Below are positions 27,535 to 38,035 of a DNA stretch of 64,000 nucleotides, in pieces; within the stretch, counting starts at the first letter, position 1; each line of letters begins with the position of its first letter. Under the pieces are notes generated by a model. It did not search any database, was not told where the DNA came from, and worked only from the letters and a program-made list of their open reading frames with translations. This DNA comes from Treponemataceae bacterium. Its GTDB lineage: Bacteria; Spirochaetota; Spirochaetia; Treponematales; Rectinemataceae. The stretch lies in NCBI GenBank assembly GCA_963677895.2, contig CAXXGJ010000038.1, positions 192,001 to 256,000 of the forward strand, written 5' to 3'. A program made the position numbers and the translations under genes.

Positions 27535-28428
27535 TTGGCAGTAGTTACCATGAAGAACCTGCTTGAATCCGGTGTGCATTTCGGTCACCAGGTCAAGCGC
27601 TGGGATCCCAGGATGAAGAAATTCATCTTCGCGGAACGCAACGGGATTCACATCATCGATCTCCAGAAGACCATTCAGGCGATCAAAGACGCCTATGACG
27701 CCGTCCAGAAAGTCGTCAGCTCAGGCAAGACCGTGCTTTTCGTCGGAACGAAAAAGCAGGCTCAGACCGCGATCCAGAAAGAATCCGAGCGCTGCGAGCA
27801 GTTCTATGTCAACAATAGATGGCTCGGCGGCATGCTCACCAATTTCACCACAATCAAGAAATCCATCATGCGCCTCAAGAAAATCGAGCGCATGGAAGTA
27901 GATGGCACCTTCGAAAGCCTGACCAAGAAGGAAGTCGCCAGCCTCCAGAAAGAAAAGATCAAGCTGGAGAAAAACCTTGGCGGCATCAAGGAAATGAAGG
28001 ACCTGCCCGGCATCCTCTTCGTGGTCGATACCCGCAAGGAAGCCATCGCTGTCGCCGAAGCCCAGCGTCTCGGCATCCCCATCGTCGCCGTCGTGGACAC
28101 CAACTGCAACCCCGAAGGGATCACCTATCCCATACCCGGCAACGATGACGCCATCCGTTCCATCAGCCTCTTCACCCAGATCATCGCCAACGCCGTCGTC
28201 GAAGCCGGCGCATCCGAAGGACTCAAGATCATCGAGAGCCTGCCGGTCGAGGAAGTGGAAGAAGTCCATACAGACGCCGTAAAGAAGGAAGATGACGAGG
28301 TCGAAGTCGACATCAGCACCTACGCGGCCGCCGCCGTCGCTCAGGAAGCCGCGGCTCCCGTCGTTGAAGCCGAACCCGAAGTCGCCCTTCCCGTCATCGA
28401 CGAAGACAAGCTCTACGAGAAGAAATAA
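27535..28428 (+). CDS. rpsB: 30S ribosomal protein S2
   Basis: [34 protein letters not shown] start after GGGAGGA; acidic C-terminal extension. Confidence 0.98.
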   Translation: MAVVTMKNLLESGVHFGHQVKRWDPRMKKFIFAERNGIHIIDLQKTIQAIKDAYDAVQKVVSSGKTVLFVGTKKQAQTAIQKESERCEQFYVNNRWLGGMLTNFTTIKKSIMRLKKIERMEVDGTFESLTKKEVASLQKEKIKLEKNLGGIKEMKDLPGILFVVDTRKEAIAVAEAQRLGIPIVAVVDTNCNPEGITYPIPGNDDAIRSISLFTQIIANAVVEAGASEGLKIIESLPVEEVEEVHTDAVKKEDDEVEVDISTYAAAAVAQEAAAPVVEAEPEVALPVIDEDKLYEKK

Positions 28429-28439
28429 GGAGCAGAATC

Positions 28440-29294
28440 GTGGATATTAAAGCTTCCGATATCAAGAGCCTCAGGGAAAAAACCGGGGCGGGAATGATGG
28501 ACTGCAAGAAAGCGCTCGTCGAAGCCGAAGGCGACTTCGCGGCCGCAGAAAAGCTCCTCCGCGAATGGGGAATGGCCGGTCTCGAGAAAAGAGCCAACCG
28601 CGCCACCAACGAAGGCAAAATCTTCCTCGTCGAAAAAGACGGCAACGTCGGACTCGTGGAAATCGTCTGCGAAACCGATTTCGTCGCCAAGAACGCCGAT
28701 TTCATCGCCGACGGATACAAGATCGCCGAAAAAGCTTACGCGGCGAAAGCCAACGAAGCCAACGCGGAACTCGACGGCATGGTGAAAGATATCGCCATCG
28801 TCATCAAGGAAAACATCAACCTCAAGCGCGTCCGCTATTTCGAAGCCGCGGCCGACGAGTACCTCCATACCTATACGCACGGCGAAGGCAAGCTCGTCGT
28901 CGTCGTCAGGGCAAAGGCGAAATCCGCCGCCGCTTTCGCCGACGAGAGGGTCAAGGCCTTCATCCATGACGTGGCGCTGCATATCGCCGCCTTCAATCCG
29001 ATGTTCCTCGACCAGAGCCAGCCAGACGCCGGCTGGGTGAAGGAACAGCAGGAAGTCTTCGCCGCGCAGGTCGAGCTGGACGAAAAACTCAAGTCCAAGC
29101 CCGCCAAGGTCGTCGAAGGCATTCTGGCCGGAAAGCTCAAGAAGCTCATGGCAGAGGTCTGCCTCCTGGATCAGCCTTTCGTCAAGGACGAGAAAATGAG
29201 CGTTTCGGCCGCCATGGCCGCCGTCAAGAAAGAGACGGGCACGGATTTCGCGATCGTAAGTTATTCATACATCAAAGTGGGAGACGCCGCCTGA
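28440..29294 (+). CDS. tsf: Elongation factor Ts
   Basis: LREKTGAGMMDCKKAL and CETDFVAKN. Confidence 0.98.
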   Translation: MDIKASDIKSLREKTGAGMMDCKKALVEAEGDFAAAEKLLREWGMAGLEKRANRATNEGKIFLVEKDGNVGLVEIVCETDFVAKNADFIADGYKIAEKAYAAKANEANAELDGMVKDIAIVIKENINLKRVRYFEAAADEYLHTYTHGEGKLVVVVRAKAKSAAAFADERVKAFIHDVALHIAAFNPMFLDQSQPDAGWVKEQQEVFAAQVELDEKLKSKPAKVVEGILAGKLKKLMAEVCLLDQPFVKDEKMSVSAAMAAVKKETGTDFAIVSYSYIKVGDAA

Positions 29295-29378
29295 AAAGGC
29301 TGACGCCCTATCTGTAAGGCTTAAGCGGAGCGGCGTATTCGCCGCTCCGCGATTCATTGATAACGAAGGGGAGGAATT

Positions 29379-29933
29379 ATGGAAACGGTGAAAGCCACGT
29401 GCGAAGAGCGCATGAAGAAATCGATCTCGTCGCTGAGGGATGAATTCAATGGCATACGTACCGGCCGAGCGTCCCCCGCCCTCCTCGACAAGATCAGAAT
29501 CGACTACTACGGTCAGAAAAGCCCTCTTTCCCAGGTCGCCACCGTCTCCGTACCGGAGGCCAGGCTCATCGTTATCCAGCCCTGGGACCGCACCCTTTTT
29601 ACCGAAATCGAGAAGGCCATCCTCAAGTCCGAGCTGGGGCTCAACCCCTCCAACGACGGCAAGGTAATCCGCATCGCCATTCCCCCTCTCACCGAACAAA
29701 GAAGGAAGGAATTGGTCAAACAGGCGAAGGCCATCGCCGAACAGTCGAAAGTCGCCGTTCGCAACATACGCCGCGACGGTCTGGAAGAACTGAAGAAGCA
29801 AGCCGCCGCGGGCGGCGTCCCCGAGGACCTGACGAAGAAGGAAGAGGATGAACTTCAGAAACTCACGGATTCCTTCATCGTCCAGATCACCAAGGTGCTC
29901 GAGGAAAAAGAAAAAGAAATCATGGAAGTCTGA
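29379..29933 (+). CDS. frr: Ribosome recycling factor
   Basis: IRTGRASP, LNPSNDG, PPLTEQRRKEL, VRNIRRD. Confidence 0.98.
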   Translation: METVKATCEERMKKSISSLRDEFNGIRTGRASPALLDKIRIDYYGQKSPLSQVATVSVPEARLIVIQPWDRTLFTEIEKAILKSELGLNPSNDGKVIRIAIPPLTEQRRKELVKQAKAIAEQSKVAVRNIRRDGLEELKKQAAAGGVPEDLTKKEEDELQKLTDSFIVQITKVLEEKEKEIMEV

Positions 29934-29971
29934 ATGACTTCATCAACATATGGCGAGCAGCCGAAGAGTCC

Positions 29972-30718
29972 ATGAAAACCTCCACACTCCCCGCTCATGT
30001 CGCCATCATAATGGACGGAAACGGCCGCTGGGCGACGAAACGCGGTCTGCCAAGGACCGAGGGGCATAGGCAGGGACTCGTCGCCGCTAAAAAGATAGTC
30101 GCCGCTTCGTCCAGACTTGGCATCCAATATCTTTCGCTGTACACCTTCTCGACGGAAAACTGGAAGCGAGCCAAAGAGGAAGTAGGTTTTCTCATGACGC
30201 TGGTGAAGAATCATCTATCCTCGGAACTGGACTTTTACCGGCAGAACAAGATCAAGGTTGTTCATTCGGGCTGCAGGAAGGGCCTCTCTTCCGAAATTCT
30301 AGCCGAGATAGATTCGGTGACCGCGGACACGGCTTCCTTCCCGGGGATGGTGGTCAACCTGGCGATAAATTATGGCGGCAGGGATGAACTGGCCAGAGCC
30401 GTCGGAAAAATCGCCGCATCGCTCGATTACACCAGCGGTGATGACCATAACACCGTAAATGCCGGCGAACGCGATTTCCCGGACCTCTTCTCCATGGAAA
30501 ACATCCGCGGAAACCTGGATCATCCGGAAATTCCCGATCCCGACTTTATAATCAGGACAGGCGGCGAATGCCGCCTTTCCAATTTTCTTCTCTGGCAATC
30601 GGCCTATTCCGAACTGTATTTTTCGGACTGCCTTTGGCCCGATTTCGGCGAGCATGAACTGAAAACCGCGCTCGATGATTACGCATCGCGGGACAGACGC
30701 TTTGGGGGAACGAAATGA
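29972..30718 (+). CDS. uppS: Undecaprenyl diphosphate synthase
   Basis: HVAIIMDGNGRWA, FSTENWKR, RTGGECRLSNFLLWQ. Confidence 0.96.
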   Translation: MKTSTLPAHVAIIMDGNGRWATKRGLPRTEGHRQGLVAAKKIVAASSRLGIQYLSLYTFSTENWKRAKEEVGFLMTLVKNHLSSELDFYRQNKIKVVHSGCRKGLSSEILAEIDSVTADTASFPGMVVNLAINYGGRDELARAVGKIAASLDYTSGDDHNTVNAGERDFPDLFSMENIRGNLDHPEIPDPDFIIRTGGECRLSNFLLWQSAYSELYFSDCLWPDFGEHELKTALDDYASRDRRFGGTK

Positions 30719-31596
30719 CCAAGAATACGATCCAGCGACTGCTCATATTTTTTCTGGGCATTCCCCTTTTCATCGCCGTGGTGGTTTTCGCCTCCTTCGG
30801 AAGGAATGTTCTTCTGCTGCTGGTCGTCCTGGTCGTTCAATACCTGGCGGTAGGTGAGGCTTCCGCGCTTTTCGCCGCCAAGAAAATTAAGGTAAGGAAG
30901 AATCTGATCGTCATGCTTTCGCTTGGCGTCAGCCTCGTCGTTTTCCTATCCCCCGATCTCGTCACGATGCTTACGGGAAGCCACACGGCGCTGGAATTGC
31001 TCCTGGCGGCCTCCGTGTTGGGAAGCCTCGCCGTTCTCACTCCCTTCGCCTTCGCGAAGAAAGAAGAATTCGCCGATATACTCCCAAACGCGGCGGCGTC
31101 GCTTTTCGTGTTCTTCTACTGCGGCGTGTTGGGTTCCTTTTTCGTCTACGTCACCTCCTGTTTCGGCCAATACGTGGCTCCCGTCCTGACCTTCACCCTC
31201 ATGACCTTCGGTAACGACAGCCTGGCATGGCTCACCGGCGTGACCTTGGGCAGGAAGCGCGGAATCGTCGCCGTCTCTCCCAGCAAGAGCCTCGCGGGCT
31301 TCATTGGTGGTTTCTCGGGTTCGATAATAGCGGGCTTGATTTCCTATCTCATTTTTCCGGAGAGCGGTTTCGGCTCTCTCGCCGGACCGATTTTCCTGGG
31401 TCTTGCCATGGGCTGCTCCGTCATCGTGGGGGATCTCGCGGAGAGCGCCTTGAAACGTTCGGCAGGCGTCAAGGATTCCAGTTCGCTGGTGCCAGGCAGG
31501 GGCGGCGTGTTGGATTCCTTCGACAGTCTCCTCTTCTCGGCGCCCATTTTCGTTCTGATTTCCTCGCTGCTGGGCTTTTTCCCTCCTCTGGTGTAG
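30715..31596 (+). CDS. cdsA: Phosphatidate cytidylyltransferase
   Basis: Polytopic membrane protein; SPSKS and GDLAESALKRSAGVKDS...PGRGGVLDSFDS. Confidence 0.95.
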   Translation: MTKNTIQRLLIFFLGIPLFIAVVVFASFGRNVLLLLVVLVVQYLAVGEASALFAAKKIKVRKNLIVMLSLGVSLVVFLSPDLVTMLTGSHTALELLLAASVLGSLAVLTPFAFAKKEEFADILPNAAASLFVFFYCGVLGSFFVYVTSCFGQYVAPVLTFTLMTFGNDSLAWLTGVTLGRKRGIVAVSPSKSLAGFIGGFSGSIIAGLISYLIFPESGFGSLAGPIFLGLAMGCSVIVGDLAESALKRSAGVKDSSSLVPGRGGVLDSFDSLLFSAPIFVLISSLLGFFPPLV

Positions 31597-31603
31597 GGGC
31601 CGC

Positions 31604-32764
31604 ATGAATCCTAAAAAAGTGCTCATTCTCGGCGCCACGGGTTCCATCGGCCGCCAGACCATCGACTGCGTCGAAGACGCGAACCGGAAAGCGCCAGGAA
31701 GCTTCATCGTCACGGGGCTTTCGGCCGACAGGAACGCCGAGGCGCTTTTGGCGGCCGGGGCGAAATTTCCCGGGGCCCTCCTCGCCATGAATGGCGAGAG
31801 CGGGTTGGAGTGCGGGACGGCCAGAGGGATAGACTGGTGCGGCGACGGCGCGATCGCTTCTCTCATCAGGAACTCCGACGCGGACCTGGCGGTGAACGGC
31901 ATTGCCGGCGCCGCCGGCCTCCTTGCCTCCTTTGAGGCGCTTTCTTCAGGCAAGAACCTCGCCCTTGCCAACAAGGAATCGGTGGTGATGGGCTACAGCC
32001 ACCTGAAGGCGCTTGCCGACGCGAAAGGTCTTTCCATAATTCCCGTGGATTCCGAACACGCTGCCCTCTTTCAGCTCGTTTCCAGAATAGGCAAGGGCTC
32101 CGTGCGGGAACTCACGATTACCGCCTCAGGCGGCCCCTTTCGCGATAAATCCCCCGCGGAATTGGAAAGCATAAGTCCCGACCAGGCGGCCAGCCACCCT
32201 GTCTGGAAAATGGGACGAAAAATCAGCATCGATTCGGCCACCCTCGCCAACAAGGGCCTCGAGCTCATAGAGGCGGTGCGCCTTTTTAATCTGCCCGAGG
32301 AAAAGGTGAAAGTCCTCGTCCATCCGGAAAGCATCGTGCACGCGCTCGTAAGGACTAAGGACGGAGCCCTCTATGCCCATATGTCCATGCCTGACATGCG
32401 CCTTCCCATCAATATCGCCCTCCATTGGCCGGAAGAAGTGGATGCGTCCTACGGCTTTCTCGACCTCGCGGGCAAGACCCTGCGTTTCGAGGCGCCCGAC
32501 ACCAGACGTTTCCCCATGCTCGCGCTGGCCAGGGATGCTGTCCGCTTAGGCGAAGCCGCCACCATCGCCTACAACGCGGCCAACGAAATAGCCGTCGAAG
32601 CCTTCGAAGCGGAAAAAATCCGATTCACGCGTATAGCTGGCGTCGTTCGTTCGGTTTTAAGTCGCGATTGGTCTTTCCCTGTTCCCGATATAGGCAGTAT
32701 CTTTGACATTGACAAGAAAGCGCGTTCCCTGGCGCATCTCGCTCTTACGGAGTACCAATGCTGA
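31604..32764 (+). CDS. dxr: 1-deoxy-D-xylulose 5-phosphate reductoisomerase
   Basis: LGATGSIG, LALANKES, PVDSEH, TASGGPF, KISIDSATLANKGLE. Confidence 0.96.
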   Translation: MNPKKVLILGATGSIGRQTIDCVEDANRKAPGSFIVTGLSADRNAEALLAAGAKFPGALLAMNGESGLECGTARGIDWCGDGAIASLIRNSDADLAVNGIAGAAGLLASFEALSSGKNLALANKESVVMGYSHLKALADAKGLSIIPVDSEHAALFQLVSRIGKGSVRELTITASGGPFRDKSPAELESISPDQAASHPVWKMGRKISIDSATLANKGLELIEAVRLFNLPEEKVKVLVHPESIVHALVRTKDGALYAHMSMPDMRLPINIALHWPEEVDASYGFLDLAGKTLRFEAPDTRRFPMLALARDAVRLGEAATIAYNAANEIAVEAFEAEKIRFTRIAGVVRSVLSRDWSFPVPDIGSIFDIDKKARSLAHLALTEYQC

Positions 32765-34122
32765 CAGTTCTTCTCGGCCTTATCGGCTTGTCTTTCGTCG
32801 TTATCATCCATGAATTCGGCCATTACCTCGCGGCGCGCGCCATGGGCGTCGAGGTGGAGGTCTTTTCCATAGGCTGGGGTCCTAAACTCTTCGGCTTCAA
32901 GAAAAACCAGACCGAATGGCGCATATCGGCCTTCCCTCTCGGCGGTTTCTGCAGGATGAAGGGCGAGGAAGATTTCAAGATCGCCCTGGAGAAAAAGCTG
33001 CCCACTATTCCCGCCGAAAAAGGATCCTTCTATGGCGCCTCGCCCTGGAAAAGGATACTCATTCTCGTCGCCGGCCCTCTCTCGAATGTCATTCTCGCCG
33101 TCGTCCTTTTCTCCATCGTTTCGCTCGTGGGGATAACGATTCAGACGGCTCCCAACAAGATCATACTCGCGAGCGAGATATCGGCCCTCTCGGGATCGCC
33201 CGGAGGCGGACCGGCCGATCAGGCTGGCTTGAAGTCCGGCGATATCATCAGCTCCATCGATGGCGCGAAGGTTCGCGACTATTCGGATCTCCAGGAAATG
33301 ATCGGGCTCAATCCAGGCAAGGCGCTCAATCTTTCGGTGGACCGCGGCGGAGAGCGGCTGTCCATTCCCGTCACACCCCGCCTGGAGAAGGATTCCGGAC
33401 AAGGCTTGATAGGAATCTACGCGTGGATAGATCCCATCGTCGACTATGTCGATCCGCAGGGAGCCGCGTCCATCGCCGGCATCCGCAAGGGCGACATAAT
33501 TGTGGATGTTCAGGGAAGACCGATAGAGAACTCCATCGGCGTCCTGGCCGCCCTGGAATCCAAGCCAGAAAACGTCACCATGACCTTGTTGCGCGACGGG
33601 CGCTCCGTTCCCTTGAAGATGGTGCTTTCGTATGAAGCGGGCGGGCAATCCAATCTGGGTATAGGCTTCAAGAGCCTCTCGAGAACCGACAGGGCTTCCT
33701 CGCTTCCGGCCGCGGTAGCCCAGGGCGGGAAAGAGACATTCAATACGTTCACGATGTCGGTCAAGGGCATCGGGCTTCTCTTCAGCGGGGTAAATGTATT
33801 CAAGGCCGTTTCGGGGCCGGCGCGGATAACCTATATGGTCGGCAATACGGCCAAGGAAAGCATCAAGGCTTCGGGACTTTCCGGCATTCCCACGATCCTC
33901 AGCTTTCTCGCTTTTCTCTCGGTCAGCCTTTTCCTGATGAATCTCCTGCCGATACCCGCCCTGGATGGCGGCCAGATTCTGCTTTCCGTCGTCGAAATTC
34001 TGCGGAAAAAGCCTCTTCTCACAAAGACCGTCTATCGTTTCCAGTTTGTCGGGGCGGCCATGATCATGGCATTATTCTTCCTGGCCACCTTCAGCGATCT
34101 GCTCTTCTTCGCGGGGAAATGA
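32758..34122 (+). CDS. rseP: RIP metalloprotease RseP (M50)
   Basis: HEFGH, two PDZ domains, NLLPIPALDGG. Confidence 0.95.
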   Translation: MLTVLLGLIGLSFVVIIHEFGHYLAARAMGVEVEVFSIGWGPKLFGFKKNQTEWRISAFPLGGFCRMKGEEDFKIALEKKLPTIPAEKGSFYGASPWKRILILVAGPLSNVILAVVLFSIVSLVGITIQTAPNKIILASEISALSGSPGGGPADQAGLKSGDIISSIDGAKVRDYSDLQEMIGLNPGKALNLSVDRGGERLSIPVTPRLEKDSGQGLIGIYAWIDPIVDYVDPQGAASIAGIRKGDIIVDVQGRPIENSIGVLAALESKPENVTMTLLRDGRSVPLKMVLSYEAGGQSNLGIGFKSLSRTDRASSLPAAVAQGGKETFNTFTMSVKGIGLLFSGVNVFKAVSGPARITYMVGNTAKESIKASGLSGIPTILSFLAFLSVSLFLMNLLPIPALDGGQILLSVVEILRKKPLLTKTVYRFQFVGAAMIMALFFLATFSDLLFFAGK

Positions 34123-34127
34123 CAGCC

Positions 34128-35468
34128 TCAGCGGCCGTGTTTCTCCATGTTGACGAATTTGGCGAAGGCCGGTTTGAACCAGACATTCGCCTTGCCGATG
34201 GGTCCGTTTCTCTGCTTGGCCACGATCAGCTCGGTCTCTATCTGCTCGGATCGCTGATCCGCCGTTTTATTGATTTCCCGGTCCCTGTGGAGGAAAAGTA
34301 TGAGGTCGGCATCCTGCTCGATGGAGCCCGACTCGCGCACATCCGATAGGTTGGGCTGCTTTCCCTCAGCCTCGCGCTTCAGCTGGGACAGGGCGACAAT
34401 GGGAATGTCCAGTTCGCGCGCCAGGGATTTCAGCGATCTCGATATCGCGGAAATCTGCTCCCAGCGCGGCAGTTCTGCGTTCTCATGCGTTATCAGCGTA
34501 ATATAATCCACGAAAATTATCTTGACGGAGCGCTCGAGCACGAGGCGCCGCGCCATGGTGCGAAGCTCGAGCAGCTTCATATTGGGCATGTCGACGATAT
34601 AGAGCGGGGCTTCGTAGATTCTCCCCGCGGCGTCCATGAGGTCGTTCAGGTCCGAGCTTCTCAATCTTCCCGTCCTTATACGCTCGCCGGGAACCTGGGC
34701 TTCGGACGATATTATCCTGTTCATGAGGGCGTGTTCCGACATTTCCAGCGAGAAGAAGGCGGCCGGAATCTTACAGTTAATGGCGATATGGCTGGCTATC
34801 GTGAGCGCCAGGGCCGTTTTTCCCACCGAAGGGCGCGCGCCGATGACGATGAATTCCGAGTTCTGGAATCCCGAGGTCATGGCGTCCAGGTCGGTCAGGC
34901 CTGAAGGAATTCCCGTGAAGGCGTTGGGATTGTTGCTCAGCTGCTCTATGACGGTGATGAGCTCGGGGATCAGATCTTTTATGGAATGATACGAGGCGGT
35001 GCGCCGATTTTGCGTTATCTCGAAAATCTTGGACTGTATCTCGTCGAGAATGGGTCCCGTTTCGGTGGTATCGTCATAGGCCAGCGAGGTGACGAGGGAA
35101 GACAGGCGGATGAGGTTTCTGCGGGTCGACATCTCCTGTATTATCTGCGCGTAGTATTCGACGTTGGCGGCCGAAGGCGTCATCGACGTGAGGTTGGCGA
35201 TGTAGCCCGGGCCCCCGGCCTTGTCCAGGCTTCCGGCCTGCTTCATCTCCTCGGTGAGGGTGATGAGATCGGCCTTCTGCCCCTTTTCATGGAGCGCTAT
35301 GATGGCGGAATAAATCTCGGCATGGGTGCTGAGGTAAAAGTCGTCGGCGCGGATATAGCGCAAGACAACGCCGAGCGCGTCCGGATCGAGAAGCAGGGCG
35401 CCCAGGCAGGCCTGCTCGGCTTCCTGGTTGTTGGGCGGTATCTTGTCTTTCAGGGAAACAGGCGTCAT
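34128..35468 (-). CDS. dnaB: Replicative DNA helicase
   Basis: EAEQACLG, GARPSVGKT, FSLEM, ESGSIEQDAD, KQRNGP; normal length, no intein. Confidence 0.97.
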   Translation of the reverse strand: MTPVSLKDKIPPNNQEAEQACLGALLLDPDALGVVLRYIRADDFYLSTHAEIYSAIIALHEKGQKADLITLTEEMKQAGSLDKAGGPGYIANLTSMTPSAANVEYYAQIIQEMSTRRNLIRLSSLVTSLAYDDTTETGPILDEIQSKIFEITQNRRTASYHSIKDLIPELITVIEQLSNNPNAFTGIPSGLTDLDAMTSGFQNSEFIVIGARPSVGKTALALTIASHIAINCKIPAAFFSLEMSEHALMNRIISSEAQVPGERIRTGRLRSSDLNDLMDAAGRIYEAPLYIVDMPNMKLLELRTMARRLVLERSVKIIFVDYITLITHENAELPRWEQISAISRSLKSLARELDIPIVALSQLKREAEGKQPNLSDVRESGSIEQDADLILFLHRDREINKTADQRSEQIETELIVAKQRNGPIGKANVWFKPAFAKFVNMEKHGR

Positions 35469-35506
35469 CGGCTACCCCTTTCGAATCCGAATTATACGAC
35501 AGAACT

Positions 35507-35563
35507 AAAAAAAAGGCATCGAGTATCCGGAATCTTTTTAAGAATCCCGGGGTACAAGATGCC
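35507..35563 (-). terminator. Probable terminator of the rpsF-rplI operon
   Basis: Imperfect hairpin GGCATC...GATGCC (35515-35563) followed on the minus strand by a T-run. Confidence 0.55.
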
Positions 35564-35637
35564 CCATAAGGCGCGAGTATCGGACTTCCGCGCCCTCTAG
35601 TATCAAAATCCAGCGGCGCAGGGCCGTTTACATCCCT

Positions 35638-36225
35638 TTACATCTGTCCGGCGTTGATGGCGGCTTCGAAAGCTGCAGCCTGTTCCTCATCGGTGACGGG
35701 TTCGGCCGCTTCGGCCCTGACTCTCCGCACGCGCTGCTTCTTGGGCTGATCGCTGTCTTCCGTCTTCTCGGCCTTGACTTCCTGGCCGGTGATGGAAAGC
35801 TTGACCACCGCTTCTTCCTTCTCATAAAGGCGGACGATCACTTTGTAATTGCCCACGCTCTTGATCGCCCTTCCGGGAACTTCGATCTTCTTGCGGTCGA
35901 CTTCGATTCCTTTCTTGAGAAGCTCGTCGGCCACCATCGCGTTGTTCACGGCGCCATAGAGCTTGCCGTTCGCGCCGGCAGGCATCGCGATGGAGATTTC
36001 CTCGGCTTCAAGCTTTTCCTTGAGCGAGGTAGATGAAAGCCTCTTGGCTTCCTTGATGGCGTCGATTTCGTTCTTCTTCTTCGCGAAAAGAGCTACGGTC
36101 TTGGTGTTGTACACGGAAGCCAGACCGCGGGGAAGCAGGTAGTTTCTCGCGTAACCGGGCGCAACATCCTTGACATCGCCAATCTCGCCTAAGTTCGGGA
36201 CGTCTTGGTTCAGGATAATTTTCAT
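35638..36225 (-). CDS. rplI: 50S ribosomal protein L9 with C-terminal extension
   Basis: MKIILNQDVPNLG..G....V.PGYARNYLLPRG and GKLYGAV. Start set at ATG 36225. Confidence 0.96.
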   Translation of the reverse strand: MKIILNQDVPNLGEIGDVKDVAPGYARNYLLPRGLASVYNTKTVALFAKKKNEIDAIKEAKRLSSTSLKEKLEAEEISIAMPAGANGKLYGAVNNAMVADELLKKGIEVDRKKIEVPGRAIKSVGNYKVIVRLYEKEEAVVKLSITGQEVKAEKTEDSDQPKKQRVRRVRAEAAEPVTDEEQAAAFEAAINAGQM

Positions 36226-37208
36226 TTCAAGGCTCCTTTTACGTCGCGGTATGGAAGCCATACCTCGGTAATGCCCAATATGGGCAGCGTAATCAATATG
36301 ATCGCGCCCGCGGTGTTGCTCAGCGCGATCGCCATTACGGCGAGCGGCGCCAGCAAGCGCACTATACGGGTCGCGTTGAATTGCCGGGAAAGATGTGAGA
36401 TGATTCCGATCCCCTGCATGGCGTAGAGAGATGCCAGGCACAGCGAGATGTTCCAGACCGCGGCGGACACGAGGCCGGTCTGTTTTGTCAGGAGCACGGC
36501 GAAGAGCAGTACCCAGGACAGCAGCGTCGGCCAGAGCGCCACGGAAGGAACGCGCAAACGCGAGAGCCTGATGGAAGCGAAGACGCTCTCATCGGCGGCT
36601 TTCTGACGAATGGCTGCGCGTGCGGCAATGTAGGATCCAAGCCACCAACTTCCCGCGAGAATCCACAGGATGATGGCCGCGAAGCCTGACTGTATCACGG
36701 CGATCGCGGCATTCACGGCGGCGCGCGCATAGGCATCGCCGTCTCCTTCCAGACCGGAGGATTTCATGGCCGAACCGATATACTCTATCAGCCAGGCTGA
36801 AAAACTCTTGTCGGATGTGGCTTTCATCACGAATGGCGCGGCAATGGCCGACAGGATGAGGACGGCGATCAGAATTCTGCCGCCCGCTCTCATTTTTCCT
36901 ATCTGCGCGTTGACGAACCAGATGGCGGCAAGAAGCAGGAGAGGAGGCAGGACGCCCGCGACTATGACCAGCGGGTCGAGCGTTTTGATTTCAAGCATTC
37001 TGGCGATCTGTCCGACCGCTATGGCGAGAAACGAAAAAGCCGCAGCTATGAGACCAGATTTCCTTCCTCTGCCGGCGAAGGCATGCTGCACCGGTATGAG
37101 AAAAGCGAATGAGAGAACATAGGAGAGGTAGATGAAGCCCGACAGCAATCCCGCCGAGGCGTCAAGCAGCAGCTCCCTGTTCCTGGTCAGCAACGCGCGT
37201 CCGTTCAC
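36222..37208 (-). CDS. DUF2232/YybS-like membrane protein
   Basis: Multiple TM helices; occupies the usual position between rpsR and rplI. Confidence 0.7.
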   Translation of the reverse strand: MNGRALLTRNRELLLDASAGLLSGFIYLSYVLSFAFLIPVQHAFAGRGRKSGLIAAAFSFLAIAVGQIARMLEIKTLDPLVIVAGVLPPLLLLAAIWFVNAQIGKMRAGGRILIAVLILSAIAAPFVMKATSDKSFSAWLIEYIGSAMKSSGLEGDGDAYARAAVNAAIAVIQSGFAAIILWILAGSWWLGSYIAARAAIRQKAADESVFASIRLSRLRVPSVALWPTLLSWVLLFAVLLTKQTGLVSAAVWNISLCLASLYAMQGIGIISHLSRQFNATRIVRLLAPLAVMAIALSNTAGAIILITLPILGITEVWLPYRDVKGALK

Positions 37209-37223
37209 ATCTGTTCTCCGGGC

Positions 37224-37532
37224 TTATTTCACGACGTAGGGAAGAAGCGCCAAGGCTCTCGCCCGCTTGATGTTGACGGCGAGCGCTCGCTGGTGCTTCG
37301 AACAGGTACCGGTGATGCGGCGCGGCAGGATTTTCCCGCGTTCCGTCGTATAGCGCCTTAAGGTATCAGAATCTTTGTAATCGATATGGGCTTTCTGGGT
37401 GCAGAACTTGCAGACCTTCTTCTTGAAGAATCCCTTGCCCTTGCGCGGACCGCTCGAACGATCGTCATCCCTGCGGTTATCGCCCTGATCGTCTGAACGA
37501 CCGCCCCTTACATCATCTTTCATATCGGACAT
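37224..37532 (-). CDS. rpsR: 30S ribosomal protein S18 (Zn-binding form)
   Basis: [28 protein letters not shown]. Confidence 0.97.
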   Translation of the reverse strand: MSDMKDDVRGGRSDDQGDNRRDDDRSSGPRKGKGFFKKKVCKFCTQKAHIDYKDSDTLRRYTTERGKILPRRITGTCSKHQRALAVNIKRARALALLPYVVK

Positions 37533-37558
37533 TGCATTTCTCCTATTTTCGCTTCGTA

Positions 37559-38020
37559 TCAGAAAGGAATATCATCGTCAAAGGTATCGACGGCGGGCGC
37601 TGTCTGGCTCCCCCCCGCTGGCTGCTCGGCTCCGCCCTCATAGGGCGCCGCCTTCTGCTGCGGTTTCTGGTAGCCGCCGTTTCCCTGCCCCGACGGGGCG
37701 TTTCCGAGAAGCCGGACGTTGCTGGCGTTGACGACAACCTTATTGCGCGGCTGTCCGTCCTGCTCCCAGCGATCCTGCCTCAGTTCTCCTTCGACGCCGA
37801 CTTGCTGGCCTTTTGTCAGGTAGCGATTCACCGCTTCGGCACCCTTGCCCCAAAAATCGATCTCGAAGAAGCTGGTCTCGTCGACCCATTCCTCGCCCTG
37901 CTTTCTCGAGCGGTTGACCGCTATGGAAAAGCGCGCGATCGGCATTCCCGATTTCGTGTATTTGAGTTCAGAATCCCTCGTGAGTCTTCCCACCAGAACC
38001 ACGACATTTATGTCGCGCAT
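37559..38020 (-). CDS. ssb: Single-stranded DNA-binding protein
   Basis: [12 protein letters not shown] and C-terminal DDDIPF. Confidence 0.98.
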   Translation of the reverse strand: MRDINVVVLVGRLTRDSELKYTKSGMPIARFSIAVNRSRKQGEEWVDETSFFEIDFWGKGAEAVNRYLTKGQQVGVEGELRQDRWEQDGQPRNKVVVNASNVRLLGNAPSGQGNGGYQKPQQKAAPYEGGAEQPAGGSQTAPAVDTFDDDIPF

Positions 38021-38035
38021 ACAGGCCTCCCCGAC

